Below, piece after piece: positions 11,236 through 22,750 of a stretch of DNA of 64,000 bases. Location of the stretch: NCBI GenBank assembly GCA_010909165.1, contig MU008169.1, forward strand, positions 2,191,143-2,255,142, given 5' to 3'. The notes under the pieces are model-generated. The model saw only the letters and a list, made by a program, of their open reading frames with translations, ran no database searches and was not told the DNA's origin. Source of the stretch: Anthoceros angustus. Its lineage: Eukaryota; Plantae; Anthocerotophyta. The translations under genes and the position numbers were made by a program. Numbering within the stretch: the first letter of the stretch is position 1; each line of letters starts with the position of its first letter.

Positions 11236-12760
11236 ATGGATGCCACGGTTGAGTCGAGGGTTCGAGTCAAGTCGGACGAAGGCCACACGAGAAGCGACAA
11301 CGCCAAGCACGGAAAGGTTAAAAGGGTTGCAAACCGCGAGTTGAGGAGGATCCAGAAGACGCACGCTGGAAGGAGAAGGAGGTAAGGAAGCAACCAGGGA
11401 CGGGGTCCGATCTTGTTGGAGCAAGATCCCCAACCGACTTGGACGAGGTACCACCGCCAAGGAACCTCGGACCAATTCCATCCACGACCTCTTCCAAAAG
11501 TGTGCATCGCTGGAGATCAATCGACTCGCAGGAACCGTTGTTGGACCAACCACTACCGAATCAAGAACGATAGTCATGACCACCACCACGCCGGTGGTGG
11601 TCACCACCAAGCAACCTTACCCTGTATGGAGAGGGAAGGGTATGAAGACCCGATGAATTTGTTGAGCGTTTTGAGCAATGACATTTGCAAACCAGAAGCG
11701 GAGATGCAGCCAGATTCATTGTTCTATGGAGTTCTTCGGGGTCCAGCGAATACCTCAAGTCGCCCACACCTCCAAAGAACCTATGAAGAATTAAAACCGC
11801 CTGTGAAAGGTTCAGGGAATGAGGGATACGTGTTGTCCAAGCTTGAAAAGCTGCAGAGAGGAAAGAAGGAAACCTTGCAGCGTATGTGGAGAGGTTTCAT
11901 GCCACGCGATCAAGTGGCCTCACTGAGTTGCAACGGTGGTTCGCTAAAGGTGGTTCTAAGATGGGGAGACACGAAGGTTACAAGCGGAGAAGAATTTGGG
12001 CAAGGCTATCACAAGGCGCTAAACTATGAGGAATCCAACCCGCAAGGGAGGAGGAAGGCTAAGAAGGAGAAGAAGCCGTGATCGAAAAAGAAGGGATTCT
12101 CATCCTCCTCGAAGGAAAGTTCATCGGTGAAGAAAGCTCCACAAGATTCCATGAAAGTTCCTGGAGGAGGAAACGAGTGACAGCTGAGGAAGGCCATCGA
12201 TGAGGAGCGCCAAATGGAAAAAGAAAATGAAGGGTCGCACGGACAACAAGGAGTCGGCAAGGGCAAAACAGAGGCGATGTACGCAAAAAAGGACGCGAAC
12301 AAGGAGAGGAGGCCGAGGCAAGAAAGTAGAACAACAGGGAACAAGATGGAGGAGATGATGGCAAAATTCGAGAAATTCCATCTTAATGCGGTCAAGGAAC
12401 ATGAGAGGCGGAGAGTCACACGAACCCACGAGCCAACCTCTGCTCAACGTGGGCAGCAGGACACTCCAAAGCTAATTGTCCGACGACAAGGGTACACCTG
12501 GGATATGAGGAAGAGGAGGAAGAGGGTCCGGTGGAAGATACATACCGATCCGTGGAGGTTCACCAACCCAAGTGTACCCAAAAGACCATGTACCCGCCAA
12601 CCTACGAATTCCACGGGGTAGGCGTCAGAATCAAGGCGGGTAACAATCCAATGGGCACCGTCTTGTGCTATAATTGTCGCAACCTTGACACTATGCGCAT
12701 TGCCTTATCCAACTCGTCAAGGCAATGGAGATTTTGATAAACTATGTCAAGATTGAAGCA
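11236..12760 (+). pseudogene. gag: gag of A2 (frameshifted)
   Basis: Near-identical to 738-2300; CYNCRNL knuckle at ~12665. Confidence 0.8.
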
Positions 12761-13319
12761 GGGCATTTGGCGGTGAAGTGTGCTCGCCAAAGCCCCAGAA
12801 GACGGTGAGGATCGCAGCCACCCGAACGGAGTTCACACCCAAAACCCAAGTCCGGTCCGCCATGCATGTTGAGGATGCTTATGGCGGTATGGGAGGATGC
12901 CGAGATTGGAACCCCGAGGAGCTTGAGGGATTAGACGCAGAGGAAGCGATTATTATGGGGAAGCCTCCGCCATGGTCATAGAACAAGGAGCACAAAAGCA
13001 AAAGAGAGGCGACGTGGGGAAAAAGAAGAAAGGAGGCGGATACGACCACGGATCGATGAGGGAGAGAGTGTCGCCACCACTGGGGCGGAAATACCAACAC
13101 CGGAACGCTACGAGAAAAAAACAAGTCCCGCAGTGACTTGGCGGATGGACCATATGTGCAAAAGAGTGATGCAATTGAGACATTGAGTGTTCCAGCGGAA
13201 AAGGTGAATGAAGGGGTCACGAGAAGCCGTCAAGGGGTGGAACCCACCGATTTCGAGAAGTTACAACTGAGTTAGGGTTTCCACCGGACGACGGAAGTCA
13301 TGGATATGATACAAGAAGA

Positions 13320-15260
13320 ATTGGCAAGGGAGGCTACGGGAAAAGGCGGGGTGTCGATTTCCACCACCCTGTGGGAGTCCACCACCCCACCGAAGGGCCA
13401 CCGTACTCAAGTCATGACGAACCGGGAACCCACACCAACCAAATCCGGATGGTAGAGGTCTGCCACCGCTTTTTCAATCTCGCCGAGGCCATCATGGACC
13501 AACATTTCATGATCACATTCGGACAACCTCCGAGACAATCCGCGTATAGGCAATGATCGAGGGCGAAAAGAGGCGCAACCCAAAAGAGGCGCAATGTTCC
13601 TATACCACCCGCGCGTGAACTTGGTATCCATGGTGGATCAAGGCCCACCAACTCTGTGGAAATTTTGGGATGTGTCATCAAAGGAGTGCCTCGACACGGG
13701 TCGGTGTAAATATTATGACAAGACACGGCTAGGAAATTGGGCTTGGATATTGAACATACTACCAAGGTTTTGAGCCGACATGTCCGTAATGGTGCGGTGG
13801 GGAACGACAGGGTGCTAACGACCATTGGAACCATCCCCTACTTGATGGATTATGTAGTCATCCAAAGAAAATCGCTGTGGCACGTCCTAATTGGCAAGGG
13901 AGGCTACGGGGGAAAAGGCGGGGGTGTCGATTTCCACCACCCCAGGGGAGTCCACCACCCCACCTGGAAGGGCCACCGTACCCCAAGTCATGACGAACCG
14001 GGAACCCACAGCCAACCAAATCCTGGATGGCAGAAGGCTGCGGGCCACCGCTTCTTTCAATCTCGCCGAGGCCATCATGGACCAACATTTCATGATCACA
14101 TTCGGACAACTCCTCCGAGACAATCCGCGGTATAGGCAACTGATCAGGAGGGCGTTAAAAGAGGCGCAACCCAAAAGAGGCGCAATGTTCCTATACCCCC
14201 AGCTCGCGTGAACTTGGTATCCATGGTGGATCAAGGCCCACCAACTGTGGAAATTTCGGGATGTGTCATCAAAGGAGTGCCTCTCGACACTCTGTAAATA
14301 TTATGACAAGACACGGCTAGGAAATTGGGCTTGGATATTGAACATACTACCAAGGTTTTGCGGCTAGCCGACATGTCCGTAATGGTGCGGTGGGGAACCG
14401 AGGTGCTAACGACCATTGGAACCATCCCCTACTTGATGGATTATGTAGTCATCCAAAGAAAATCGCAGTGACGTCCTAATTGGCCGAACATGGATGTACG
14501 ATCGCAATGCACGCCAAGTGGGGCAGAAGGAAGTCGGTTTTAAACCGCTGGAATGGGATCCCAAGACCAAGGAGGGAAGGATGTGCCTATCGTGGAGTAA
14601 GGACATGTATGCGTGAAACTCCAACCGAAGGGCCACCGCATTTCAAGTCATGACGAACCGGGAACCCACCAACCAAATCCGGATGGTAGAGGTCAGGCCA
14701 CCGCTTTTTCAATCTCGCCGAGGCCATCATGGACCAACATTTCATGATCACATTCGGACAACTCCTCCGAGACAATCCGCGTATAGGCAATGATCGAGGG
14801 CGTTAAAAGAGGCGCAACCCAAAAGAGGCGCAATGTTCCTATACCAGTCATGTGAACTTGGTATCCATGGTGGATCAAGGCCCACCAACTCTGTGGAAAT
14901 TTCGGGATGTGTCATTAAAGGAGTGCCTCTCGACACGGGTAAATATTATGACAAGACACGGCTAGGAAATTGGGCTTGGATATTGAACATACTACCAAGG
15001 TTTTGGTTAGAATACATGTCCGTAATGGTGCCGGTGGGGAACCGACAGGTGGTGCTAACGACCATTGGAACCATCCCCTACTTGATGGATTATGTAGTCA
15101 TCCAAAGAAAATCGCCAGTGTACGACGCCCCTAATTGGCCGAACAACATGGATGTACGCGAATGCACGCCAAGTGGGAAGGAAGTTTTTAAACCGCTGGA
15201 ATGGGATCCCAAGACCAAGGAGGGGATGTGCCTATCGTGGAGTAAGGACATGTATGCGTG
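13320..15260 (+). repeat. pol: Protease region of A2 present three times in tandem
   Basis: The block containing GVPLDT...DYVVIQRK recurs at ~13320-13890, ~13895-14620 and ~14625-15260. Confidence 0.8.
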
Positions 15261-15779
15261 AAACTCCAATCAAATGTAGGTACACCTCGGCAGAGGACAC
15301 GTCCGGGAGATGGAAGAGGAAGATAGGTTCCGTCACACATCTCATGGTCCGATGAGGAGCGGGACTACCGCAGATATCCCATATACAATTAACCCAAGAG
15401 GTCGTTACGGGTAATCAATGCTCCGCGGAAGGGGTCCGCGGATTCTAACAGCAGTGGAGAAAGCCGGAGGAGGCGCCACGCAGCTTCACGTCGGAGGATT
15501 TGTTTAGGAATGGGGCATGAGAGAAGAGGAACCGGGAGCCGAAGAAGGATTCGGGGTTAGCACCGCACTCAGAGCGCGAGTGGGTACAGCCGATGAAGTC
15601 AAGGACGTTGAGGTTCTTCCGAAGGTGCTCAAATTCTCGAACAATGGATGCGGCGTTGGAGGAAGGAAGCAACCGCTGCGAATTATCGATGTTTTCGCCT
15701 AATGTACATGAAGGGATCCCCAAAAGAATGGGGCAGCAGGATTGACTTGGAACCGTGAGCAATCCAAGGATTCCACAAG

Positions 15780-17796
15780 ACAAGTTAACCAAGTACTCCT
15801 CAAGGTAAAGGATCGCTTGGAGATGTACCTCAAGGCGGACGTGATCTATCCTATAGTCAATACCGAATGGGTGGCTCCAATAGTGGTAGTACCTAAGAGG
15901 CGCTGTGCAAAATCCGAGTTTGTCGATTGGAGAAGGTTGAATAAGGTCACCAAGAAGGATCACTGCTACCCTTCATCGATAATATCCTCGGATCCGTCGC
16001 AGTAATGGCGTATTCATTCCTAGACGGGTACTGGTATAATCACCGCACCTTAGGGAGAGCGATTGGCCTCGACCGCTTTTACAACCGATCGGGGACATAT
16101 GCTTACAAGCGCAGACGGTTGACGGAGCACCGGGTCCTTCATGCGAGCCATCACAAAATTTTCAAAGACTTCCTTCGCGACTTTATGGAAGTTTTCCGAC
16201 GACGCGATTCGGGCCGCTGGCGACCATCCGTCGCACCGAAGTGCTCGGAGCGCCGAGCAACGCAATTATGCCCGCATCCGCAAAAGTGCTACGGCATGTC
16301 GAGGAATTCGCTAGCATCAATTTCAAGCCGAGGTATAGAAGTAGATCCGGACAAGGTAAAGGTCATCGCCACCCTTAGAGCACCAATAACGCTAAAGGAA
16401 CTCCGCGGTTCCCGGGATGGTCGTATTATAGACGCTTGCTCCAAATTTCGCCAAGCGGCTGCCCCACTAACGAGCTTGTTAAGGAAGGATCGAGTGGAGT
16501 GGACGACGAACGGAGGAAGCATTTCGTGACTTACGCACCACATCGCTACTCCCACGCTAAAAGGACCGGATCGGAGTAAGAAGTTCCACGCTGCTGATGT
16601 TTCAAAGCATTTGCAACCGTCTTAGCCACGGATGAGAAGAAGAAGGATTTTCCGATCTACTATGCCGAGACAACTAACGGACGCGAGCGAAAGTATACCA
16701 CCACGGAGCGCCAAGCACCGGAATGGTTTACTCGGTCAGACACTACCTCTCGTATGAATTTGTGTTCCATGTTGACCACTTTGCCTTGAAACACCTTGTG
16801 AATAAACTCGACCTTTCGGGACGATAGCACTGGATCTTGCCGCTGTGAGTTTACCTTCACAGGGAAACGAGAGAGGGTGAAGCATATCAATGCCGACTTC
16901 ATATCTCGATTGAAAGGGAAAGGTGGAAACGAGAAGACGACTTTCCCGATGAGACTGCCGCAGGAGTTGCAAACCAACCAAGTGAAGCCTGGAAGGAGGA
17001 GCCAAGATCGATTGAGAAGGGAGGGTGGCTTCGGAAGACCAACATATCAGGAGATATACGATTATCTTGGCACAGGCCAAATTCCTCCACAGCTATCCAA
17101 GACACAGATTCAAGCGTTTGTCCACTACTCCAGACCATTCACACGGCACAACATGAATTTATACCGAGTCAGTCCCGACGGCAGGGAGCGGTTATGGGTA
17201 CGTACCAAGCAGGTGAGCGGAGTCCTGAGCTCTTTACACGAAGAAGAGGCGGGAGGTCATTATGCCGCCCATGTCACATGCGGAAAATTTTGAGGTCGGC
17301 TATTGGTGGCCTACAATGTACAAGGATGCTGTGGAGTTCGTGAAGCGTGACGCTTGCCAAAGGGTCGGCAAGCCAACAAGAACAACCCAATGGCCCCTTG
17401 TCCCCATACTTGCACTGGCACCATTCGAGAAATGGGGAATCGATTTTGTCGGTCCTATCCAGCCCAAAACCAAGGCTCGCCAAAACCAATACATCCTGGT
17501 GGCCACAGATTACTGTACGCGGATGGTAGAAGCACAGGCACTGCCGGTAGATTCGGCGCACGTCGTAGCCAGATTCCTGTTCGAGCAAATCATCACCCGA
17601 TATGGCTGCCCGCTGGAGCTGGTCAGTGACAGAGGAACACATTTCGTCAATCAGGTAATCTCCAACATGACCAGCCACTTCAACGTCGCTCACAGGAAGT
17701 CCACGCCTTATAACCCAAAAGCCAATGGGCTGACGGAAAAGGCAAATGGCTTGTTGTGCAAGATCCTAACCAAACTCACTGCCGCCTATGCGCTTT
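15780..17796 (+). pseudogene. pol: RT, RNase H and integrase of A2; integrase truncated after its core
   Basis: WVAPIVVVPK; MEVF-DD at ~16185-16203; integrase core open over 17262-17798 (CQR, PFEKWGIDFVGP, SDRGTHF, YNPKANGLTE); homology with A1 ends at 17792. Confidence 0.9.
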
Positions 17797-17888
17797 AACA
17801 CCATTCCCTTGGGATCGAATCCTAGGACTATAACGACATAGAGGGTAAATGTGGCCCTTTGCGCCTTCGTGATGCAAAACCCATTCCA
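17797..17888 (+). repeat. Terminal ~90 bp of a family A LTR
   Basis: Matches ~560-648 and ~11058-11148; ends CCATTCCA with no PBS after it. Confidence 0.85.
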
Positions 17889-17899
17889 ACCGGAAACCC

Positions 17900-20800
17900 G
17901 GTGAGGAGTCGGACTAGCACAAGGAGCACGGTTCCGTGACCCCAAGCTTCCACAAGGCTATTCACACGGCACGCTGATCGATTACAAGTTCAAAGGTAGG
18001 GGATGTCATGCCAAACGCACAAGAGTTGACGTCACGCATCCACCAACCTCAAGCTTGTCGAGAAAAGCATACAAGAATGTAACGCCAGCTAGGGCGTGAG
18101 TGGTAGCACCTGCCACTTGACCACGTGGCCACGGGTGACGAAGGTCCCAAAGGAGAGAAGACTCGCCACAAGATTCTGGATAACATGTCCCTTGCCCGCC
18201 TCAAGGACATTTAAAGAGGGAAGGTTCCCTACTAGTATACAAACGAACATGAACGAACATGTAGCCCCAAGGCCTTCATGCAGGTATATTGCCACACACA
18301 TAATACAAGACAACGGATGAGGAATGTGACGAGAGAGATGAAGAAAATTGAATCGAAAATGCTTGATAGAGAAAATTAAGAATAGAAAAATGCTTGAATA
18401 GAGAAAATTAAGAATAGGAAATGCTTGATAGAGAAAATTAAGAACATCACATCTTTTACACTAGGTGGTCTTGCTTAAGTTTTTTGGGCAATTTTCTTAA
18501 AAGACGGTTATTTACACCGAGATGCTATCATAACATAAAGTTCTATGATATGAATGTCGATCAACTTTTTTCCGCCCACTCTCCAACAATCTTGCGATTC
18601 ATCTAACTCTTATTCCTCTAAGTCATACATCCGGGTCAAGGGAACTATGTTGGCATGTTATAACTTTGGCACGCTCATACATTTGCTCTTCACATGATAC
18701 AAATTATAGACACAATGGCTAGTAATCGAACGGCGCACACATTTGATTGTATTATGTGCATTGACCCGCCACATTTGCATCAACACATTCCTCATTGTCC
18801 TCTACGTAGTGTGTGCTTCTGCAAGACCAAATTATGCCAGGAGTGAGGCGCCAAGACATAATAATATATGAGATGGTAGTTGACCAAGTCTCGTTGTGTG
18901 CGTGATCCGTCATAGCTTGGGATTACGTGGCTTCGCTCAACTTATAATCGATGCTAGTGGGCTTGGAAAGATTGGTGTTATTATCCCATCTCCTAACCCT
19001 AAAAGAAGATTGAGAATCGCCATGAGCACATGAGCCATATGAGTGGATGAAAAGCTCAAGACACCTAGAATGAAGTTTGACAAAGCGAATCAAGTAGCAC
19101 AACGGAGAAACCATCAAGGTTATTTAAGGTTGAGCTATTGGTCTTTATGTAGTACTTACTCTAGAACAAATCCAAGACTTGCATAGAGAAATTACTATAG
19201 GCTCGCCACCATCGAGATCAATTTTCTTAAAGCATGATTAATATATATGTTTTCCACCCAAAACAATAAGATTGTGGATTCTCTTTTAGGGAATTTGGTT
19301 TTGATTGCATAGCTGGAGTTCCAACCCTATACCACACTCGACTTTTGGCGGATCAAATGCTTCTTCAATACCCGCCAGCTAATCGATCCACCGGATGCTC
19401 GAGCATCTACGGAAAGTGATGCGGCACATCCGGGTTCAATTCGTGTTGTTCAACGATGTTTGTAGGTGTTCTTTTGCTAGGCTGAAGATGGGTTACTCAT
19501 CGCTTGACTCGCACAAAAAACATTTTGGAAGACTTGGTTATTCATTGACTAGCACAAAACCACAATGAAACGGAAAAACTATAAATAAATAGCTTGATAT
19601 AAATAACAAGGATAATAATTTTTATTTTTATTAAAACTTAAAAGGTAATGTCAAAATGTCTTTAAGAACAAGAAAAGAAACTGGATATCACCATCTTTTA
19701 GTGAACAATCTTATTTGATGATGATCGAGAGTTATCATGAGCTTTTTGATACGTTATCGCGATAGATTGCCTTGAGGCCTATATGTGGGGGTCGTTGTTG
19801 CAATCTTGAACAAAATTGTGCTTGCCTTGTTGTGGGTTTTACATCTCCGTGTCTCACTACATCTTGGGTTGTTAGGCTTTCCCGCTACCATGGCTTTGTG
19901 AAAATGTCCATCATGTTGAAGACGATTTTGCTCATGATGGTCTTTCTCTTGCTTTGAGGCCACGGCAATGTTTGGAGGTGCTACTACCAAGGACTTGCAC
20001 GTGGACTATGAGTTCTCGCCTCGATGCGAATGTGGTATGGTGTGTACTGATCCGATCAAATATTTCACCTTATCCAACCGCCGTTGTTGTTCATATTTAT
20101 GTTGGTTGGGACCCAGCAATGTGCCAAGTTATGACAAATTAATTCAGGACTAACTGATGTATGATTACATCCGGTTGCAATTTTGACGAAGCTCAACATT
20201 GTTGAAGACGAGTGGACTTAAAAAGTTGACACGAGCACTCTTGCCATGGAGCTTTTTATGTTGAGGTGCACTTTGGTCCTAATAGTTGGATCTGCTGGAT
20301 AGATGTTCAATGCGTAGTTCTAAGTGATTTGGTTGTATGTAGCGGATGTAGCTTGTTGGGTAGAGGAAGGAAAAAGAGTTGACGTGGGTATTCTTGCCAT
20401 GGAACTTTGATGTTGGGATCTACTTTAAAGTAGTAGGAGTTCTCATCCGATTATAAATGAAAATGTTTTTCATTTAAAGGTTTTAAATGGTCGTGATCTC
20501 TTTGTTGATTCTAATCCCGTATGGAGCTAACTTGGTTCTCTCAAAGGGGTTATTCGCCATTAAAGGGGTTTAAGTTCCTAAAGGCCAAAAACGACCTTCA
20601 AACGGGCCAAAAACGCATCATCTTCGTAAAACCACTCTTTAGAGATGTACAAAAGACATTGACCATGTTATTTTCGCGAATACCACGTCTGGCGAGGTTT
20701 TAAGTCAAGAAGGTTCGCAAATTTCATCTTCACAAGGAAGGGATTTCATGATTTATATCGTGCTGGGAATTCTAAACACCTCTTCTGGCGGCAATTACTT

Positions 20801-22750
20801 CCTAGCAGGTTGAGCCGAGAGGGCAAACCAAACCAAACCAGTCCAATAAGCCAAATGCGCCGAACGTCCAAATCAACCAACATGCAAAAGAAGCAACTCC
20901 CAAGCCCAAAACAAACTGCAGACGTCCGCGAATTGTGAGAGGACATCAAGCGATGTACCTGATCAGGGGCCATCTCGAGAGGGACAAACTAGGACTCTAG
21001 AAAACAAAGCATCACACGCCTAGTGCAATGTAAGTACACACCGTATCGGATCTCCATTATTAGAGTGAAAAAACAGGAAGGAAATGGGGCAATGCGCTCG
21101 AGGTTTCGCGATTGGCGCGAGGTGTCCGCCGGCAGCGGATTCGAGCGATTTCACCAGTCCCCAATCTTGCCGGGCATCCAACGCGATGGAAGTGGTGTAT
21201 TCGAGACCCCAATCTTCATGGTGTCAACGATGGAAGTGTTGAGTGGATGGAGACGTCCGGCCATATTTGTATATGTATTATTTCTATCCGATAGAAGAAT
21301 ATGTGCTTTTGCGTAGATAGACAGCCGATTAACATAAGAACTCCAAAGTCCCCCCGGGTTGGACTGTGATAGGATGGGGTGTTTGTTTTGGTAGTTTGAA
21401 AACTTTGTGAGAACTCCACACAAGCAACTTGGGGGATCACTCAAGATGGGGTGTTGATTTTAGTGGTTTGAAAATTTGTAAATCATCCCGTTATCTAGGT
21501 TTTAAAGTATGGAATATTGGTTTGAAAATCATTTGTTGGTTGACGTTATGTTCATACATTCGCTTTGTATACACATTTAAAACCTTTTCGGCCTTCCTAT
21601 GCCTCGACCCTACCTACGACTTATGCCTAGACCTTTTATTGTTAAAAATGTCCGCTAATCCGAGTTTGATGCGTGTATAGATGCATGCGCCTTGGTTTCT
21701 AGATGAGCTACATTTTCCAAAAATTTGACATGTGTAATGGTGGTTTCGATGGCCAACCTTTTGAATACGACAATGTTTCACAATGTTTTACGTAGAAGTA
21801 AGAAAATAAAGATAATTGATGATCCGCCTTCAAGAATGAAAGCGTGTCGGATGTTGTCGAACACAAGGTAAGAGAGCATATGCCCGGCCACTACGAGCCC
21901 CAGTGAGAGCCAATGAGTATGTGAAGAAAGAGAGTTGGTCTGAGGATTTTGACCAAATGGGTGACTCAGATTTTAGTGAGGCTATGAAGGAGGACCCGCT
22001 CTATACCCATTGACGCCAAGGCTGTGGTGCGTGCAAATGGTGTTCGAGAGACTAACCATAGCCGAGCTCGCCAAGAGATTTTGAATTTAAGATCTAACTT
22101 GCACCATGTGCCGTGGGTGGACTAGTAAGGTTGAAAAGAGTGAGACAAGGAAAGCCCGAGTTCGGTCAAAGCTGAGCGCATGACCATCCTTTAAGACCTT
22201 GCTCGATTCTCACCATGGGCCTAGAGCGGCAACCCAAGTGTGGCTTGTCTGCATGGAGGGGGCAGGTCGAGACAGTGTGCCCGCATCGTGGATTTCTCGT
22301 GATGATGGGGTTTGAAAAGAACATTGATGTGAGTGTCGGTGCGCGGTGCAAGTGTGCACGGAACGAAAGTGTTTGCCCTGCATATCGGCGCAATCCTTCC
22401 AAACCCGGCACCATTTTGAGTATAAGAAGTCATGTCTGTGCACTCCCGCCTTAGAGCATGAGGCGCCATCATCCAACAGATCTTCTTTGTATCCGCTGGC
22501 AAGTGTATGGGTCTAGTTCTCTTAATCCACTTTAATTGGCAAAATTGACGCTTCTTGCTAAAAGGGGTTTTGAGACAAACCCTTCCCGGAGACACAAAAC
22601 AAAGTGCTCATATCACAAAGCAATCTGATGTCACTCAAAGCATGCACCAGCCACGAATAACAAGTCCCATGTGGACCGGTTAATCACATGGTCTCCATAT
22701 GCTTGTCCACGCAAGGCGATGCGGCATTGTTTTAGGGTTGCTCCTGAACA
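17900..22750. other. Segment X: AT-richer non-LTR sequence of unknown nature, duplicated piecewise at 51225-57380
   Basis: 17905-18160 matches 51225-51455; 18180-18600 matches 52205-52610; 18600-19510 matches 53045-53950; 19560-19820 matches 54145-54415; 20190-20620 matches 56240-56660; 21075-21310 matches 57140-57380. Confidence 0.7.
18355..18445. repeat. Three copies of a ~30-bp repeat (AAATGCTTGATAGAGAAAATTAAGAATAG); also at ~52370-52460
   Basis: Seen directly. Confidence 0.8.

Larger units (their letters stand above)
1..17888 (+). mobile_element. Family A Ty3/gypsy LTR retrotransposon, tandem arrangement (partial LTR, internal A1, shared LTR, internal A2, LTR 3' fragment); non-chromovirus, Athila-like
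   Basis: gag-PR-RT-RH-INT order twice; PBS after 650 and after 11150; PPT before 6511; LTR termini TGTGGAA...TTCCACA. Lineage inferred from the tRNA-Asp-type PBS, MEVFxDD, FEKWGIDFVGP and no chromodomain. Confidence 0.92.

Noticed and set aside
22741-22750. Target-site duplication for element B
   Set aside because: The left flank ends GAACA and the right flank starts CTCCC; no 4-6-bp match. The right flank itself looks mosaic.
20650-22750. Short ORFs of 60-124 aa on both strands in distal segment X
   Set aside because: No motif was recognised and there is no full second copy to test conservation; left unassigned.
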